Virus record (IMG/VR): IMGVR_UViG_3300005758_000262
Span: 1-39,385 of that record
Strand: one strand, 5' to 3'
DNA: 39,385 nt
Source: a virus
Lineage: Duplodnaviria > Caudoviricetes
The number at the start of each line of letters is the position of its first letter. Positions within the stretch are counted from its first letter, which is position 1. A program made the position numbers and the translations under genes. Positions 1 to 9,950 of this stretch are shown piece by piece. The notes beneath the pieces were generated by a model, which was not told the DNA's origin, ran no database searches, and was given only the letters and a program-made list of their open reading frames with translations.

Positions 1-1
1 A

Positions 2-3000
2 AAGGATGGTTTTAAAGGTAAGGAGTTAGATAGTCTTGTAGATACTTATGTAAGTAAATATCTAGGTTATGAAGAAGGTGATGGTGCATCTTGGGTTAAT
101 ATATATTTCTACAAAGAAATGATGTTAAAATCAGGAGCATGGGATAGTGTTAGTGAAAATATATGGAGAAAAGTAATAAATAATCAAGATATTACTACTA
201 GTGAGGCTATTAGACTTACAATGCAAAAACCTAATTATGTAGGTCCTACAGAAGGTAATATATTTACAGCAACTAACAGAAAAACTTCTTATATGCCTAT
301 TATACCTCAAATGGTTAAAGGTACTGTATTAGAGAAGATTCATGAGGAAATGCTTAAACAAGGTATTGAAGTGTTACATCTTGAAAGTGCTGCTAAATTT
401 GGTGCAAAAGGTAAAACAGGTGGTAAACTATTAAAATTTTACAATGATGGTAAAATTGATAGTGCTGAATGGGGGAGTATAGTTAATAATCTTAGTTGGG
501 ATTACTTTGGTATACAGCTGGATATGAATAGAGAGTCTAAAGAAAAAATTACTCAGGCTACTCAAGCTACTAAAAATATGCTTCATAATATCTTTGAAGG
601 AGGTATTCCAAGAGATTATACAGGAAATAATTGGGAATATGATAAGAAATTATGGAAAAGTTATGGTAAAGATAAAAAAGAAAGACTTAGTAAATTAGCT
701 ACAAGTGCTGAAGAATATAATGATTTATTAAATAAGTTAATAGAATCAGATATTGCTAAATTAAAAGAAACTATTGGTTATGATAATGGTAAAATAACTA
801 AATGGGATGAGTTTAAAAAGATTATATTACAAGAAGCTCTTAATAGAAATTTAAGTGATAATGTTTTAGATTCTATTGAGTTGTTTATTCAGAATGACAA
901 AGCTAATAAAATAAATACATTATCTGTTAAAGATAAAGTAGAACAATTGTTAATGTCTGTAGTTACTAATAGAATTATCAGACAAAAAAGATTTGGTGAT
1001 GTAATCCCACAAGGAACTAGTAAAGCATTGCAAAAATTAGATACTAAAATAGAATATGATAGAGAAAATCAAGCTTATTATTCATCTGATATATTGAAAT
1101 TCAGAGATTCTAAAGGTAGAAGTGAATTTGCTGTACCACTACCTAATGAATTAATAGATTTTGTTAATAATTTAGAAGGTAATACATTTGAAGAGAAATT
1201 AGATAAGTTTAATGATAAATTAGATATACACATGCCTGAAGAATTAAGAATTTTTCATGGTTTGCGTATACCTAATCAATCTTATGCCAGTAATACCCCA
1301 GGTATTATTAAGCAATATTTACCTCCAACAATTAATACTATTATTGTTCCTAGTTCTTTTGTAGTTCAAACAGGTTCTGACTTTGATATTGACAAATTAT
1401 TTTGTTATTTTAAATCTTTTTATGTAAAAGATAATCAAATTAAAGAGGTCAAATTTTTTAGTAAAAAGGAAGCCTATGATGAGTTTGATTATAGTCCTAG
1501 AAGAGAAGCATTACAAAATAGATTAATAGATGTCTCACATAACTTACTACTAGATGAAAATAATGCCAGACAGTTATATACAGCTACAGATGATAGCTAT
1601 TTAAAAGAAGATTTATTACAAGAAATTCTTGAGGCTAAAGGTTATTCTAAGAATAAAGATAGTAAATATGTAACAGAAGATGATAAATTATCAATTACTG
1701 ATATATTCTTACCTACTACATCATTTAAGAAATTCAAAGATTTCTATGGAAGTAAAGCTGGTTTAGGAATGGTTGCAAGACATATACCCAATCATGCAAT
1801 CACACAAATTAAGAACATTAGAATTGCACCACAATACAGAACATGGTTTAAAGATAATGCTAATTCTTTAGCAGGGTTAAAAGAAGCTACTGGAAGATAT
1901 ATTACAGATGTATTATCTGCTTATCTATCAGGTAATGTGGATGCTGGTAAAAACCCTTATTTAGGTAAAATTGGTATTACTAAAGATACACAGGATATTG
2001 CTACAATGCTTGTTAGAAGAGGTGTATCACACAAAGAAGTATCTTTCTTTTTAGCACAGCCTGTAATTCAAAAATACCTTGAATATAGAGCTATTAATGA
2101 GTCTGATGTAATTAAGAAAACTGGTAAGGTTAAGTTAAATAAAAAGACTGGGGAAAATGAAGGTGGTTTAGAGCTTAAAAATGCTGATGTAGCTGTAAAA
2201 GCTTTAGGATTTTTTGGATTACCAATTCAACTACAAAAAGATAGTTCGGGTAATATAATTACAGAGAATTACTTAGCTAATGCCACACAACATACCCTAG
2301 AAGATTTAAAGAAAGGTTTGTCTATATACAAAGATAATTTTGGATTAGAAAATACTCCTAAACTTACAGAAGCTGAAAAGCAATATCAGTTTAGAATTTT
2401 AATGGAATTTTTAAATTACATAGCACAAACAAGAAAATTTAATGAGTTTATTGATATTGCTAACCCTGATACAAATGCGGACAAAAATATATCAGAAGCT
2501 CTTGAGACTATTCAAGAGAATAAAATAGCTTTAAAAGCACCTGATAGATTCATTGAGAATACTAATGCTTGGGAAGAAGAAGATTCATTTGGAGGTATTT
2601 TAAAACCCTATTATGAGGCACAGAAAATAAGAGAAGCATTTAAAGATGTCGATTTAGTATATTCTAATCCTCTTATTACTATGGTAATACCTAGAATTAC
2701 TAAGTTATTATACCCATACTCCAAAAAAGAGAATAAAAAGACAAGAGAGAAAATAACTAAAACTGTAACAGATGATATTATATTAAGGTTTGTAATGAAG
2801 AATATTAAGAATACAAAACCTGATATTTTATCTACTATATCTGGAGATAATTCTGTTGCTAAAAGAATAGAGGTTATTAAAGTTGATAAAACACATCCAC
2901 TTCATAACAATAAGTGTATTGATAAACTCGTACCACTAGTAAATAATACTAAAATTGGAGATAAAGAGTATGATAACTTCCAATTGTATGATAAAAAGAT

Positions 3001-4741
3001 GCAAGCATTTACTATTAATCTTTTAACAGATGAGTTTTTAAAAATTAGGACTGTTGATAGAACTTTATTTAATGATATAATTATAGCTAATTTCCTACAA
3101 GGGGGATTAGGTAATTCACCATTCCAATTGAATCAGATTATACCAGCAGATGTATATTATGGAGCTATATCAAGGGTATTAGAGAAATTTAATGTTGATA
3201 TGGAAGATTTAAATCTATTTGCTAAAGAATATATACTTAACAGAACTAATTTATTACAATATGGTGATGAATTTGATGATTGGGGTAATCCACCTGTATA
3301 TAAGATAAAAGATAAAGATGGTAATGTAATAGTCCATATTAAAGGTGAGGGTAAGTTTGAACCTAAAGGTAATGGATTTAATATCCTTAATTATGGAACT
3401 GAGCGAAGTACTAAATTAAATTTATTTGGTGAAAGTTTGATGGAAGAAGAAATAATAGAACAACCAATTACTCAACAACCTGAGCAAATTAAAGAAGGTA
3501 GGACTGTAGCAATTATAGGAACAGCAGGAAGAAGTCAAGTTCCTACTCTTAAAGAATGGAATAATATGTTAAAAGATGCAGAATCCAGAGTTAACACTAA
3601 TGATACTTTAATATCAGGTGGAGCAGCTTGGGCTGACCATTTAGCAGTTAAATTATTCTTAGAAGGTAAAGTGAAAGGATTAAAACTTAGATTGCCTGCT
3701 AAAATTAAAGATGGTAAATTTGTAGGAGGTTATGGAACAGCAGGAGGAACAGCTAATTTCTATCATGATAAAATGAGTAAAGTAGTAGGGGATAACACTA
3801 TAAAAGAGATTGAACAAGCTATAAATAAAGGTGCAGAAGTTACTTATGAAACTGAAACATCTAATAAAGCAATGTTTATTAGAAATGCAAAAGTTGCAGA
3901 AGAATCTAATGCTATGATTGCTTATACTTATGGAGAAGGTAATGAACCTGCTGATGGAGGAACTAAGGATACATGGAATAAATCTAAATATACAGATAAG
4001 ACTCATGTTCCTATAAGTAAAATAGTAGAAACAATACCTGAAATTAAAGAGAGACAAATATCTGCTAAAGGTAAAATGACTTATTCTTATGGCAGTAATA
4101 AAAGAAGTGATGTAAAATCTAATACTACTTTTGAAGCTATTAAAAATGGTGAAAGAACTGCTACAACAAGATATGAGTCTGATGGACATATAGATTACTG
4201 GAAAAAACTAAAAGAAGGTGATATTATAGAATGGGAAAGTAAGAGTGGAGAAAAAGTATTGGTTGAAGTTACTAAACCATTACATAAATTAGTTGGAAGT
4301 GGTAAAACTGCTGAACAATGGAGTAAATTAGAAGGATGGTCTGTTGATTATTTTAATTCTAAAGTTAAACCAAAACTAAATGAAGCTTGGCAGATTGAAT
4401 ATAAAATAGTAGAAGAAGTTAAACCAAAAGAAGAAGATATTCAATACTCTAAAGTAAAAGAAAATAGAGTTTCTAAGGTAACTCCATTGTCTGGGACTAT
4501 TCAAGATTTTAAAAAATCTGTAGGATTAACTAAAAAAGAGATAAACACAGCTAATAGAGGTAAAATAAATAAAGAAATTGAAAAATATAATGCTAAGAAT
4601 GGAACATCTTATTATGTTGTATATAAACAAGTAGGACAATCAACTTTAGATACTTATGAAATATTAAATAAATCTAAGTTAGATAAAGATTTTGATTCTA
4701 ATGATTTAGCAAATGATTTAAATTTAGATATAGATTGTTAA
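2..4741 (+). CDS. Giant virion-associated DNA-dependent RNA polymerase, crAss-like type (5' truncated by the window), with C-terminal SLOG-like and ASCH-like domains
   Basis: Frame is open from position 2 (KDGFKG...EEGDGASWV) into the 119..4741 ORF, so the true start is upstream. Catalytic motif GSDFDIDK (DFDID at 1379-1393) is preceded by LRIPNQ, as in two-barrel RNAPs of crAss-like phages such as phi14:2 gp66. Confidence 0.9.
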   Translation, partial: KDGFKGKELDSLVDTYVSKYLGYEEGDGASWVNIYFYKEMMLKSGAWDSVSENIWRKVINNQDITTSEAIRLTMQKPNYVGPTEGNIFTATNRKTSYMPIIPQMVKGTVLEKIHEEMLKQGIEVLHLESAAKFGAKGKTGGKLLKFYNDGKIDSAEWGSIVNNLSWDYFGIQLDMNRESKEKITQATQATKNMLHNIFEGGIPRDYTGNNWEYDKKLWKSYGKDKKERLSKLATSAEEYNDLLNKLIESDIAKLKETIGYDNGKITKWDEFKKIILQEALNRNLSDNVLDSIELFIQNDKANKINTLSVKDKVEQLLMSVVTNRIIRQKRFGDVIPQGTSKALQKLDTKIEYDRENQAYYSSDILKFRDSKGRSEFAVPLPNELIDFVNNLEGNTFEEKLDKFNDKLDIHMPEELRIFHGLRIPNQSYASNTPGIIKQYLPPTINTIIVPSSFVVQTGSDFDIDKLFCYFKSFYVKDNQIKEVKFFSKKEAYDEFDYSPRREALQNRLIDVSHNLLLDENNARQLYTATDDSYLKEDLLQEILEAKGYSKNKDSKYVTEDDKLSITDIFLPTTSFKKFKDFYGSKAGLGMVARHIPNHAITQIKNIRIAPQYRTWFKDNANSLAGLKEATGRYITDVLSAYLSGNVDAGKNPYLGKIGITKDTQDIATMLVRRGVSHKEVSFFLAQPVIQKYLEYRAINESDVIKKTGKVKLNKKTGENEGGLELKNADVAVKALGFFGLPIQLQKDSSGNIITENYLANATQHTLEDLKKGLSIYKDNFGLENTPKLTEAEKQYQFRILMEFLNYIAQTRKFNEFIDIANPDTNADKNISEALETIQENKIALKAPDRFIENTNAWEEEDSFGGILKPYYEAQKIREAFKDVDLVYSNPLITMVIPRITKLLYPYSKKENKKTREKITKTVTDDIILRFVMKNIKNTKPDILSTISGDNSVAKRIEVIKVDKTHPLHNNKCIDKLVPLVNNTKIGDKEYDNFQLYDKKMQAFTINLLTDEFLKIRTVDRTLFNDIIIANFLQGGLGNSPFQLNQIIPADVYYGAISRVLEKFNVDMEDLNLFAKEYILNRTNLLQYGDEFDDWGNPPVYKIKDKDGNVIVHIKGEGKFEPKGNGFNILNYGTERSTKLNLFGESLMEEEIIEQPITQQPEQIKEGRTVAIIGTAGRSQVPTLKEWNNMLKDAESRVNTNDTLISGGAAWADHLAVKLFLEGKVKGLKLRLPAKIKDGKFVGGYGTAGGTANFYHDKMSKVVGDNTIKEIEQAINKGAEVTYETETSNKAMFIRNAKVAEESNAMIAYTYGEGNEPADGGTKDTWNKSKYTDKTHVPISKIVETIPEIKERQISAKGKMTYSYGSNKRSDVKSNTTFEAIKNGERTATTRYESDGHIDYWKKLKEGDIIEWESKSGEKVLVEVTKPLHKLVGSGKTAEQWSKLEGWSVDYFNSKVKPKLNEAWQIEYKIVEEVKPKEEDIQYSKVKENRVSKVTPLSGTIQDFKKSVGLTKKEINTANRGKINKEIEKYNAKNGTSYYVVYKQVGQSTLDTYEILNKSKLDKDFDSNDLANDLNLDIDC

Positions 4742-4742
4742 T

Positions 4743-7700
4743 ATGAGTAATTGTAGAATAAAAAATTTAACATATGATGAAGTAAGAGATGCTTATGTAA
4801 ATAAGACAGGTCTCTGGGAAAATTATGAAGATTTAACAGTAGAGGAATTAACTACTAAACTAGATTTATTAAAAGATTTAATTACAGTAGATGAGTTTGA
4901 AAATACGGAATTACCTGATAAGGCATACAAAAATCCTACAGGTAAAACATCTAAGTATTCTATTACAGATGCTTCTGGAAAGAAATATATAATTCCTCAT
5001 AGATTTACAGATGTAGTTCAAAGAAAATTTGAAAAAATATTTGGTAGAGAGAAAGCTGGTGAAACATCAACATCTCCTGATAATGTTATTAAAGCTGCAT
5101 CTGGAACAACTATACATAGTATTCTTGAACAGATTACACATAACTTAGTTAACAACGATAATTCATTTGAAAAAACAGATATTAAGTCTGTTTCTAATGA
5201 AGAAATAGCTAAAAATTATGGTGTGGGTATTCCTATTGTGTCTGAAGCTCAGAGAATTATAGAAGCACAATTAGAGTTTTTTAAAGAAACTCAAAGAAAA
5301 ATAGATCCTAAAGGTAAGATAGTTGTTAGAACTGAGGCTCGCATTACTGACCCTAAATATAATAGTGCTGGTACAGGTGATTTAGTAGTAATATTTAGTG
5401 ATAGAAGTGTTGGCTATATAGATTATAAAACTATGGGAGCTAAAGAAACATCATTAGATTTGAATAAAGAAGTAGCAGATGAAGATTGGATTAGTGAATA
5501 TAAATATGAAGATTTTGCCTTACAGTTAAATCAGGTAAATAAATCATTAATGGCTTTAGGTGCTAAAGAAATAAGATTTAGTAGAATTGCTCCTATTTAT
5601 TTGACTAATTATCTAAAGAAATCAACAGATAAAACTCCTGGTAGATTATCACCTAAAATAAGGTCAATTAAGGGCACTGGGGAGTATTTTAAGCCTATAC
5701 CTATAGAAATAGAAAAGACAGGTATAACAGCCTTAGATAGGGCTATTTCAGACCTTGTAGACCTTAGAACTAACTATTATAATAGATTATCTAAAGAATC
5801 ATCTCCTTCTAGCCCAAAAGCTGAAGCATTAAGAGCCAGAATAGGTATTTTAAATAAATCTATTCAGAGCTTAGTTGTAGACAAGGATATGACATACATG
5901 ATTAGTAAGTATAATACACTCATTAATAGTGTTGGTAAACTTGATAATAAGTCTTTAGAAGAAATTAATGAACTTTATGATGATGTTCAAGTATATTTAG
6001 GTATTATAGGTACGGCTGATAGTTTTTACAGAGCTTTAGGGCTTTCTGAAGAGGATTATCAAAAAAGAATTAGTCAAGTGGGTAAAATGCTTACTAGATT
6101 ACATACTTTACAGAATTTACTTAAAGAACAAATGGTTCTTAAAAGTCTTAGTTCTGATGAAATAGAAGCATCTAAACATGCTAATCAGCTTAATTTTGTT
6201 GATAAAATGTTTAAAACATTATCACAAATAGACCATCCTATATTTCAGAAATTCTATAAAATGTATACAAAAGCTAATGATACTACAAGAAAAAGTGTAA
6301 TGTCATTAGAAAAGACATTGAAAGATAAAGCTAAACAGTTAGAGGATTGGGGTGCTCAAAATGGTTATAAAGGTTGGGATGTGTATAATTTATTAATCAA
6401 TAAATCAACTGGTAATTTGTATTCTCAATTATCTAAAGAGTATTACCAAGAATTCAAAACAGCTCAAGAAAATAAAGATAAGAAGAAATTAGATGAATTA
6501 CTAGGACTCAAAGATAACTGGGAAGCTATTTATAAGGAGAAAAGACAAAAATATATCATTAATAATGGCTTAAATGAAGAAGATGTTAAAGACTTAAGGA
6601 AATTAAAGAGATGGGAAGAACAGAATAATCCTAAGTCAGGTAATATTATATATAGTAAATATTATGGTGTTTATTATAGTATCAAACCTGATGTATATAA
6701 TAATCCTAAATACCTGACTAAAGAATATGCTTACATTAAACAACATAAGCCATTATTAGACTATTATACTTTCTGGCAAGAATCTATGAAAGATGCTAGA
6801 CAATTATTAGGTCATTTTGAAGATGAGCAAATGATTACTGGTAACTTTGTCCCTTGGATTAGAAAAGAAACACTAGAAATGGTATTTGAAGGATCTGTAT
6901 CATTTGACCAAATTAAAGATAAATTATCTGAAATGTGGACTGTAACACCTGATGATACTAAATATGGAGAAATTATAGATAAAGGAGAAAAGGATTTATC
7001 TACTGGTAAAGCCAAAAGACAAATACCAAGATTCTTTATACAACCATTCCAAAATAATGAAGGTAAGATAGATACAAGTATGAAATCCTATGATTTAAAT
7101 AAGAGTTTGTATCTATTCATGACAATGGCTCATAATTATAATAATCTTAGGCAAATAGAAGCACAAACTAACGCCCTACAGGATATTCTATATGATAAAG
7201 AATTTGGGGAAAGGGTTGTAACTAATGATGGGAGATTAGTTAAAAATATTGCTGGTAAATTTGAGAAACATTTTGGATACTCATCTGAAGCTGCTGAATT
7301 GTTTGAAAAACATGTTAATTATCATTTATATGGAGCTAGAATACAAGATGAACCTAGCAGATTATCTGAAGTGTTATTAACAGCTAAAAAATATCAACAA
7401 TTAAAAGAATTAGCATTTGCACCATTACTCATTACTACTAACTATTTAGGTCAACAAGCTAACATGTTTTTTGAAGGTTCTAAAGGATTCTTTTATACAA
7501 GAAAACAAATGTTAGATAGTGTAGCTGAACATAAAAAAGCTTTAATACCTGGAACTGAGGAACAGGCTAAATGGGCTGGAATTACCTATTTATTTAGACC
7601 TACAGGTGAAAAGACTGACCATAATTTTATTAAGGATATAAGGGTATCTAAAGCACTAAAATGGGCTAATGAGGATAATCTATTCTTTGGTTATAGAAAC

Positions 7701-8714
7701 ACTGATGAACACACTTCTAATCTAATTTTATTTAGTATGCTTAAAAACTATGGGATAGATAATAATGGTAATGTTAGAAGATTAAGCTTACTAGACAAAG
7801 ATTCTAAATCTCTATATGATAGGATTAAAGTAACAAAAGATACTTTTGAAATAGAGGGATTAACAGATGAATCATATACACAGTTTAGAAATACTGTAAT
7901 GAATGTTTCTAGAAATATTAAAGGCTCATTATCTCAAGAAGATATGAATGCTATTAATTATTCATTATTAGGTAATCTAGCAATGTCATTTAAAAACTGG
8001 TTACCTGGATTAGCTCTTGAAAGATTTGACAAATTAGGGTATGATGCTACTGCTGAGGTAATTAAAAGAGGTAGATATGTAGATTTAGTAAGTGAATTAG
8101 GAGTTGATTATAATAAAAGCATGAGTAAATTTTTAACTAGTTTTGCTAAAAGAGCTGGTGAATTTGCTTTAGATGTAGCTACCTTCGGTAAATTAAATAT
8201 GCTGAAAGTTAATGAAAACAGAGCTAAAGCTTTATTTCAGGATTATTTATCTAAAAATAAACATTTATTAACTCAAAAGTCTGAAAAAGAATTATATCAG
8301 GAATTTTTAGATTATAAAAGAGGTAACTTACAAGCATCTGGTGTAGAAATGGCTATAATAGTTTATTTGTTACTAGCTTTAGCTGCATTAGGTAAATATT
8401 GGGATGATGATTCTTATCAAAGAAGGACAGTTATGCGTCAATTAAGGAGGGCTGCACGAGAATTATCCTTCTTTATAAATCCTATGGCTATTACTGAAAC
8501 TGCTGGTAGAAATACTGTACCAATAGTAGGGGTTATGACAGATATTCAAAAATTAGTATTTGAAGTTGGTGATGAGACTACGGATTACATATTTGGAGAA
8601 GATAATACTAGAGATAAAACTAATATTCCTTATAGATTAAGACCTTTTATTCCAGGATATAGATTAAGTACTACATTTGAGGTATTTGATGAAGATGAGA
8701 AAAGAAAGTATTAA
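4743..8714 (+). CDS. Large (1323 aa) putative virion/ejected protein with an N-terminal PD-(D/E)xK-like domain and a C-terminal hydrophobic helix
   Basis: Starts 1 nt after the RNAP stop. Motifs GTTIHSILE...TEARI...AGTGDLVV...IDYKT...LQL. Hydrophobic MAIIVYLLLALAALG near the C-terminus. Size and position match the large proteins that flank crAss-like RNAPs. Confidence 0.65.
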   Translation: MSNCRIKNLTYDEVRDAYVNKTGLWENYEDLTVEELTTKLDLLKDLITVDEFENTELPDKAYKNPTGKTSKYSITDASGKKYIIPHRFTDVVQRKFEKIFGREKAGETSTSPDNVIKAASGTTIHSILEQITHNLVNNDNSFEKTDIKSVSNEEIAKNYGVGIPIVSEAQRIIEAQLEFFKETQRKIDPKGKIVVRTEARITDPKYNSAGTGDLVVIFSDRSVGYIDYKTMGAKETSLDLNKEVADEDWISEYKYEDFALQLNQVNKSLMALGAKEIRFSRIAPIYLTNYLKKSTDKTPGRLSPKIRSIKGTGEYFKPIPIEIEKTGITALDRAISDLVDLRTNYYNRLSKESSPSSPKAEALRARIGILNKSIQSLVVDKDMTYMISKYNTLINSVGKLDNKSLEEINELYDDVQVYLGIIGTADSFYRALGLSEEDYQKRISQVGKMLTRLHTLQNLLKEQMVLKSLSSDEIEASKHANQLNFVDKMFKTLSQIDHPIFQKFYKMYTKANDTTRKSVMSLEKTLKDKAKQLEDWGAQNGYKGWDVYNLLINKSTGNLYSQLSKEYYQEFKTAQENKDKKKLDELLGLKDNWEAIYKEKRQKYIINNGLNEEDVKDLRKLKRWEEQNNPKSGNIIYSKYYGVYYSIKPDVYNNPKYLTKEYAYIKQHKPLLDYYTFWQESMKDARQLLGHFEDEQMITGNFVPWIRKETLEMVFEGSVSFDQIKDKLSEMWTVTPDDTKYGEIIDKGEKDLSTGKAKRQIPRFFIQPFQNNEGKIDTSMKSYDLNKSLYLFMTMAHNYNNLRQIEAQTNALQDILYDKEFGERVVTNDGRLVKNIAGKFEKHFGYSSEAAELFEKHVNYHLYGARIQDEPSRLSEVLLTAKKYQQLKELAFAPLLITTNYLGQQANMFFEGSKGFFYTRKQMLDSVAEHKKALIPGTEEQAKWAGITYLFRPTGEKTDHNFIKDIRVSKALKWANEDNLFFGYRNTDEHTSNLILFSMLKNYGIDNNGNVRRLSLLDKDSKSLYDRIKVTKDTFEIEGLTDESYTQFRNTVMNVSRNIKGSLSQEDMNAINYSLLGNLAMSFKNWLPGLALERFDKLGYDATAEVIKRGRYVDLVSELGVDYNKSMSKFLTSFAKRAGEFALDVATFGKLNMLKVNENRAKALFQDYLSKNKHLLTQKSEKELYQEFLDYKRGNLQASGVEMAIIVYLLLALAALGKYWDDDSYQRRTVMRQLRRAARELSFFINPMAITETAGRNTVPIVGVMTDIQKLVFEVGDETTDYIFGEDNTRDKTNIPYRLRPFIPGYRLSTTFEVFDEDEKRKY

Positions 8715-8736
8715 GGAGGTCAAATTTTTTAATGAT

Positions 8737-8763
8737 AAAAGGGGGTTAAATACCCCCTTTTTT
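8737..8763. terminator. Bidirectional intrinsic terminator at the convergent strand switch
   Basis: AAAA-GGGGG-TTAAATA-CCCCC-TTTTTT, a GC stem with A/T tracts on both sides, between convergent stops at 8714 and 8765. Confidence 0.9.
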
Positions 8764-8764
8764 A

Positions 8765-9337
8765 TTATACATACATATTTACAAATGATGGTTCAAAATC
8801 CATACTAGCTAGAAAATCCACTCTAGATTGACGAATCTTATTATGCTTTAATTTATTTAAATATGGATTTCTTATAATCCATACTTCTTTATTGTTCTTT
8901 TCAACTATTTTGACAATATTATCATTTTTATCTTTGTATTTTTCCCCTACTACATAACCATTATATAAACGCATTTCTTCATCATATGTAATTACAGTAG
9001 AATCAGATGAGTTTAATACTTTTCTTAACTCATTAGAACTTATAGTTCTAGGGTCATCATCATGAGGAGTAAAACATTCAGAATAACCATAAGTTACATC
9101 ATTATCATCATCTTCTTCTGGTTGATCAAAATGAAATTTTCCTAATTTAAATGGAGCAACATTGTAATCTTTTTTACCTTCATTTAGTATTTCTTCATAA
9201 TGATTAAATAAAGAACTATTTTCTCCTTTTTTTAATATTTTTAATGGTGTTGCACAAATAGAAGGAGGGCTATTAGACCCTCCTTGTTTTATTTCACTAT
9301 TAAAATTTCTTCCTTTAAATACACTGGTTAAATCCAT
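8765..9337 (-). CDS. Hypothetical protein
   Basis: 190 aa ORF, last gene of the minus-strand block; no motif recognised. Confidence 0.7.
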   Translation of the reverse strand: MDLTSVFKGRNFNSEIKQGGSNSPPSICATPLKILKKGENSSLFNHYEEILNEGKKDYNVAPFKLGKFHFDQPEEDDDNDVTYGYSECFTPHDDDPRTISSNELRKVLNSSDSTVITYDEEMRLYNGYVVGEKYKDKNDNIVKIVEKNNKEVWIIRNPYLNKLKHNKIRQSRVDFLASMDFEPSFVNMYV

Positions 9338-9341
9338 ATTT

Positions 9342-9950
9342 TTAATTTAATGTATCATATAAATCTGTTAAACTAATATGAGCTTCTAATATACCATCAT
9401 TCATAGTATTATTTCCACTACCAATAATAATATCCTTATTACGAACATTAATTATACCACTTGTAGATGCATGAACTTCAAGATTATTTTCATTAACTAA
9501 TTCTTTAGTAGCATCTTCTATTGTCTGAGCCATTTTTAACCATGAAAAATCAGTATTTTTAGGATTTATTGTAACTATTCCTAATACTGTATCTTCTTTA
9601 ATATGCTCTCTTTCAACAGATGTATATGATAATGTTTGTTGTAAATAATAGAAACTATAATCCTGTATACTAGATACATTTTCAAAGAAATAATTCTTTA
9701 TATATGTCTTATATTCAGGATTAAAGCATAATTCTTCATTATTTTTTGTACAAAAATCTACTAAATACTCTAATTTTATATCCGAATAGTAACTAGTATA
9801 CATTTCAACTGTATTTGTTATTGGAAATATTATCCTCTCTTTATATCCATTCTCATAAAAAGTTTGAATAATAGAGTTTTGTAATCTTTCCATTTCCATT
9901 GCCCTTTTTGGTAGAAATACTTTATCTTTACGTACTTCAATTACTTGCAT
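9342..9950 (-). CDS. Degenerate class II aminoacyl-tRNA synthetase-like (HisRS/HisZ-like core) protein
   Basis: FLPKRAMEMERLQNSIIQTFYENGYKERIIFPI resembles motif 1. EELCFNPEY resembles LALRPE. FYYLQQTLSY...KEDTVLGI is collinear with motif 2 but lacks its conserved Arg. Confidence 0.5.
   Translation of the reverse strand: MQVIEVRKDKVFLPKRAMEMERLQNSIIQTFYENGYKERIIFPITNTVEMYTSYYSDIKLEYLVDFCTKNNEELCFNPEYKTYIKNYFFENVSSIQDYSFYYLQQTLSYTSVEREHIKEDTVLGIVTINPKNTDFSWLKMAQTIEDATKELVNENNLEVHASTSGIINVRNKDIIIGSGNNTMNDGILEAHISLTDLYDTLN

Noticed and set aside
119-121. ATG at 119 as the RNAP start
   Set aside because: The frame is open to the window edge and encodes plausible protein, so the gene begins upstream.
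3680-7015. Antisense ORFs 3680..4189 and 6812..7015
   Set aside because: Shadows of the long + strand genes with biased, motif-free composition.
1445-8731. 16-bp direct repeat GAGGTCAAATTTTTTA at 1445 and 8716
   Set aside because: Only two copies, one inside coding sequence, and mostly A/T; a few such matches are expected by chance in a very AT-rich 39 kb.
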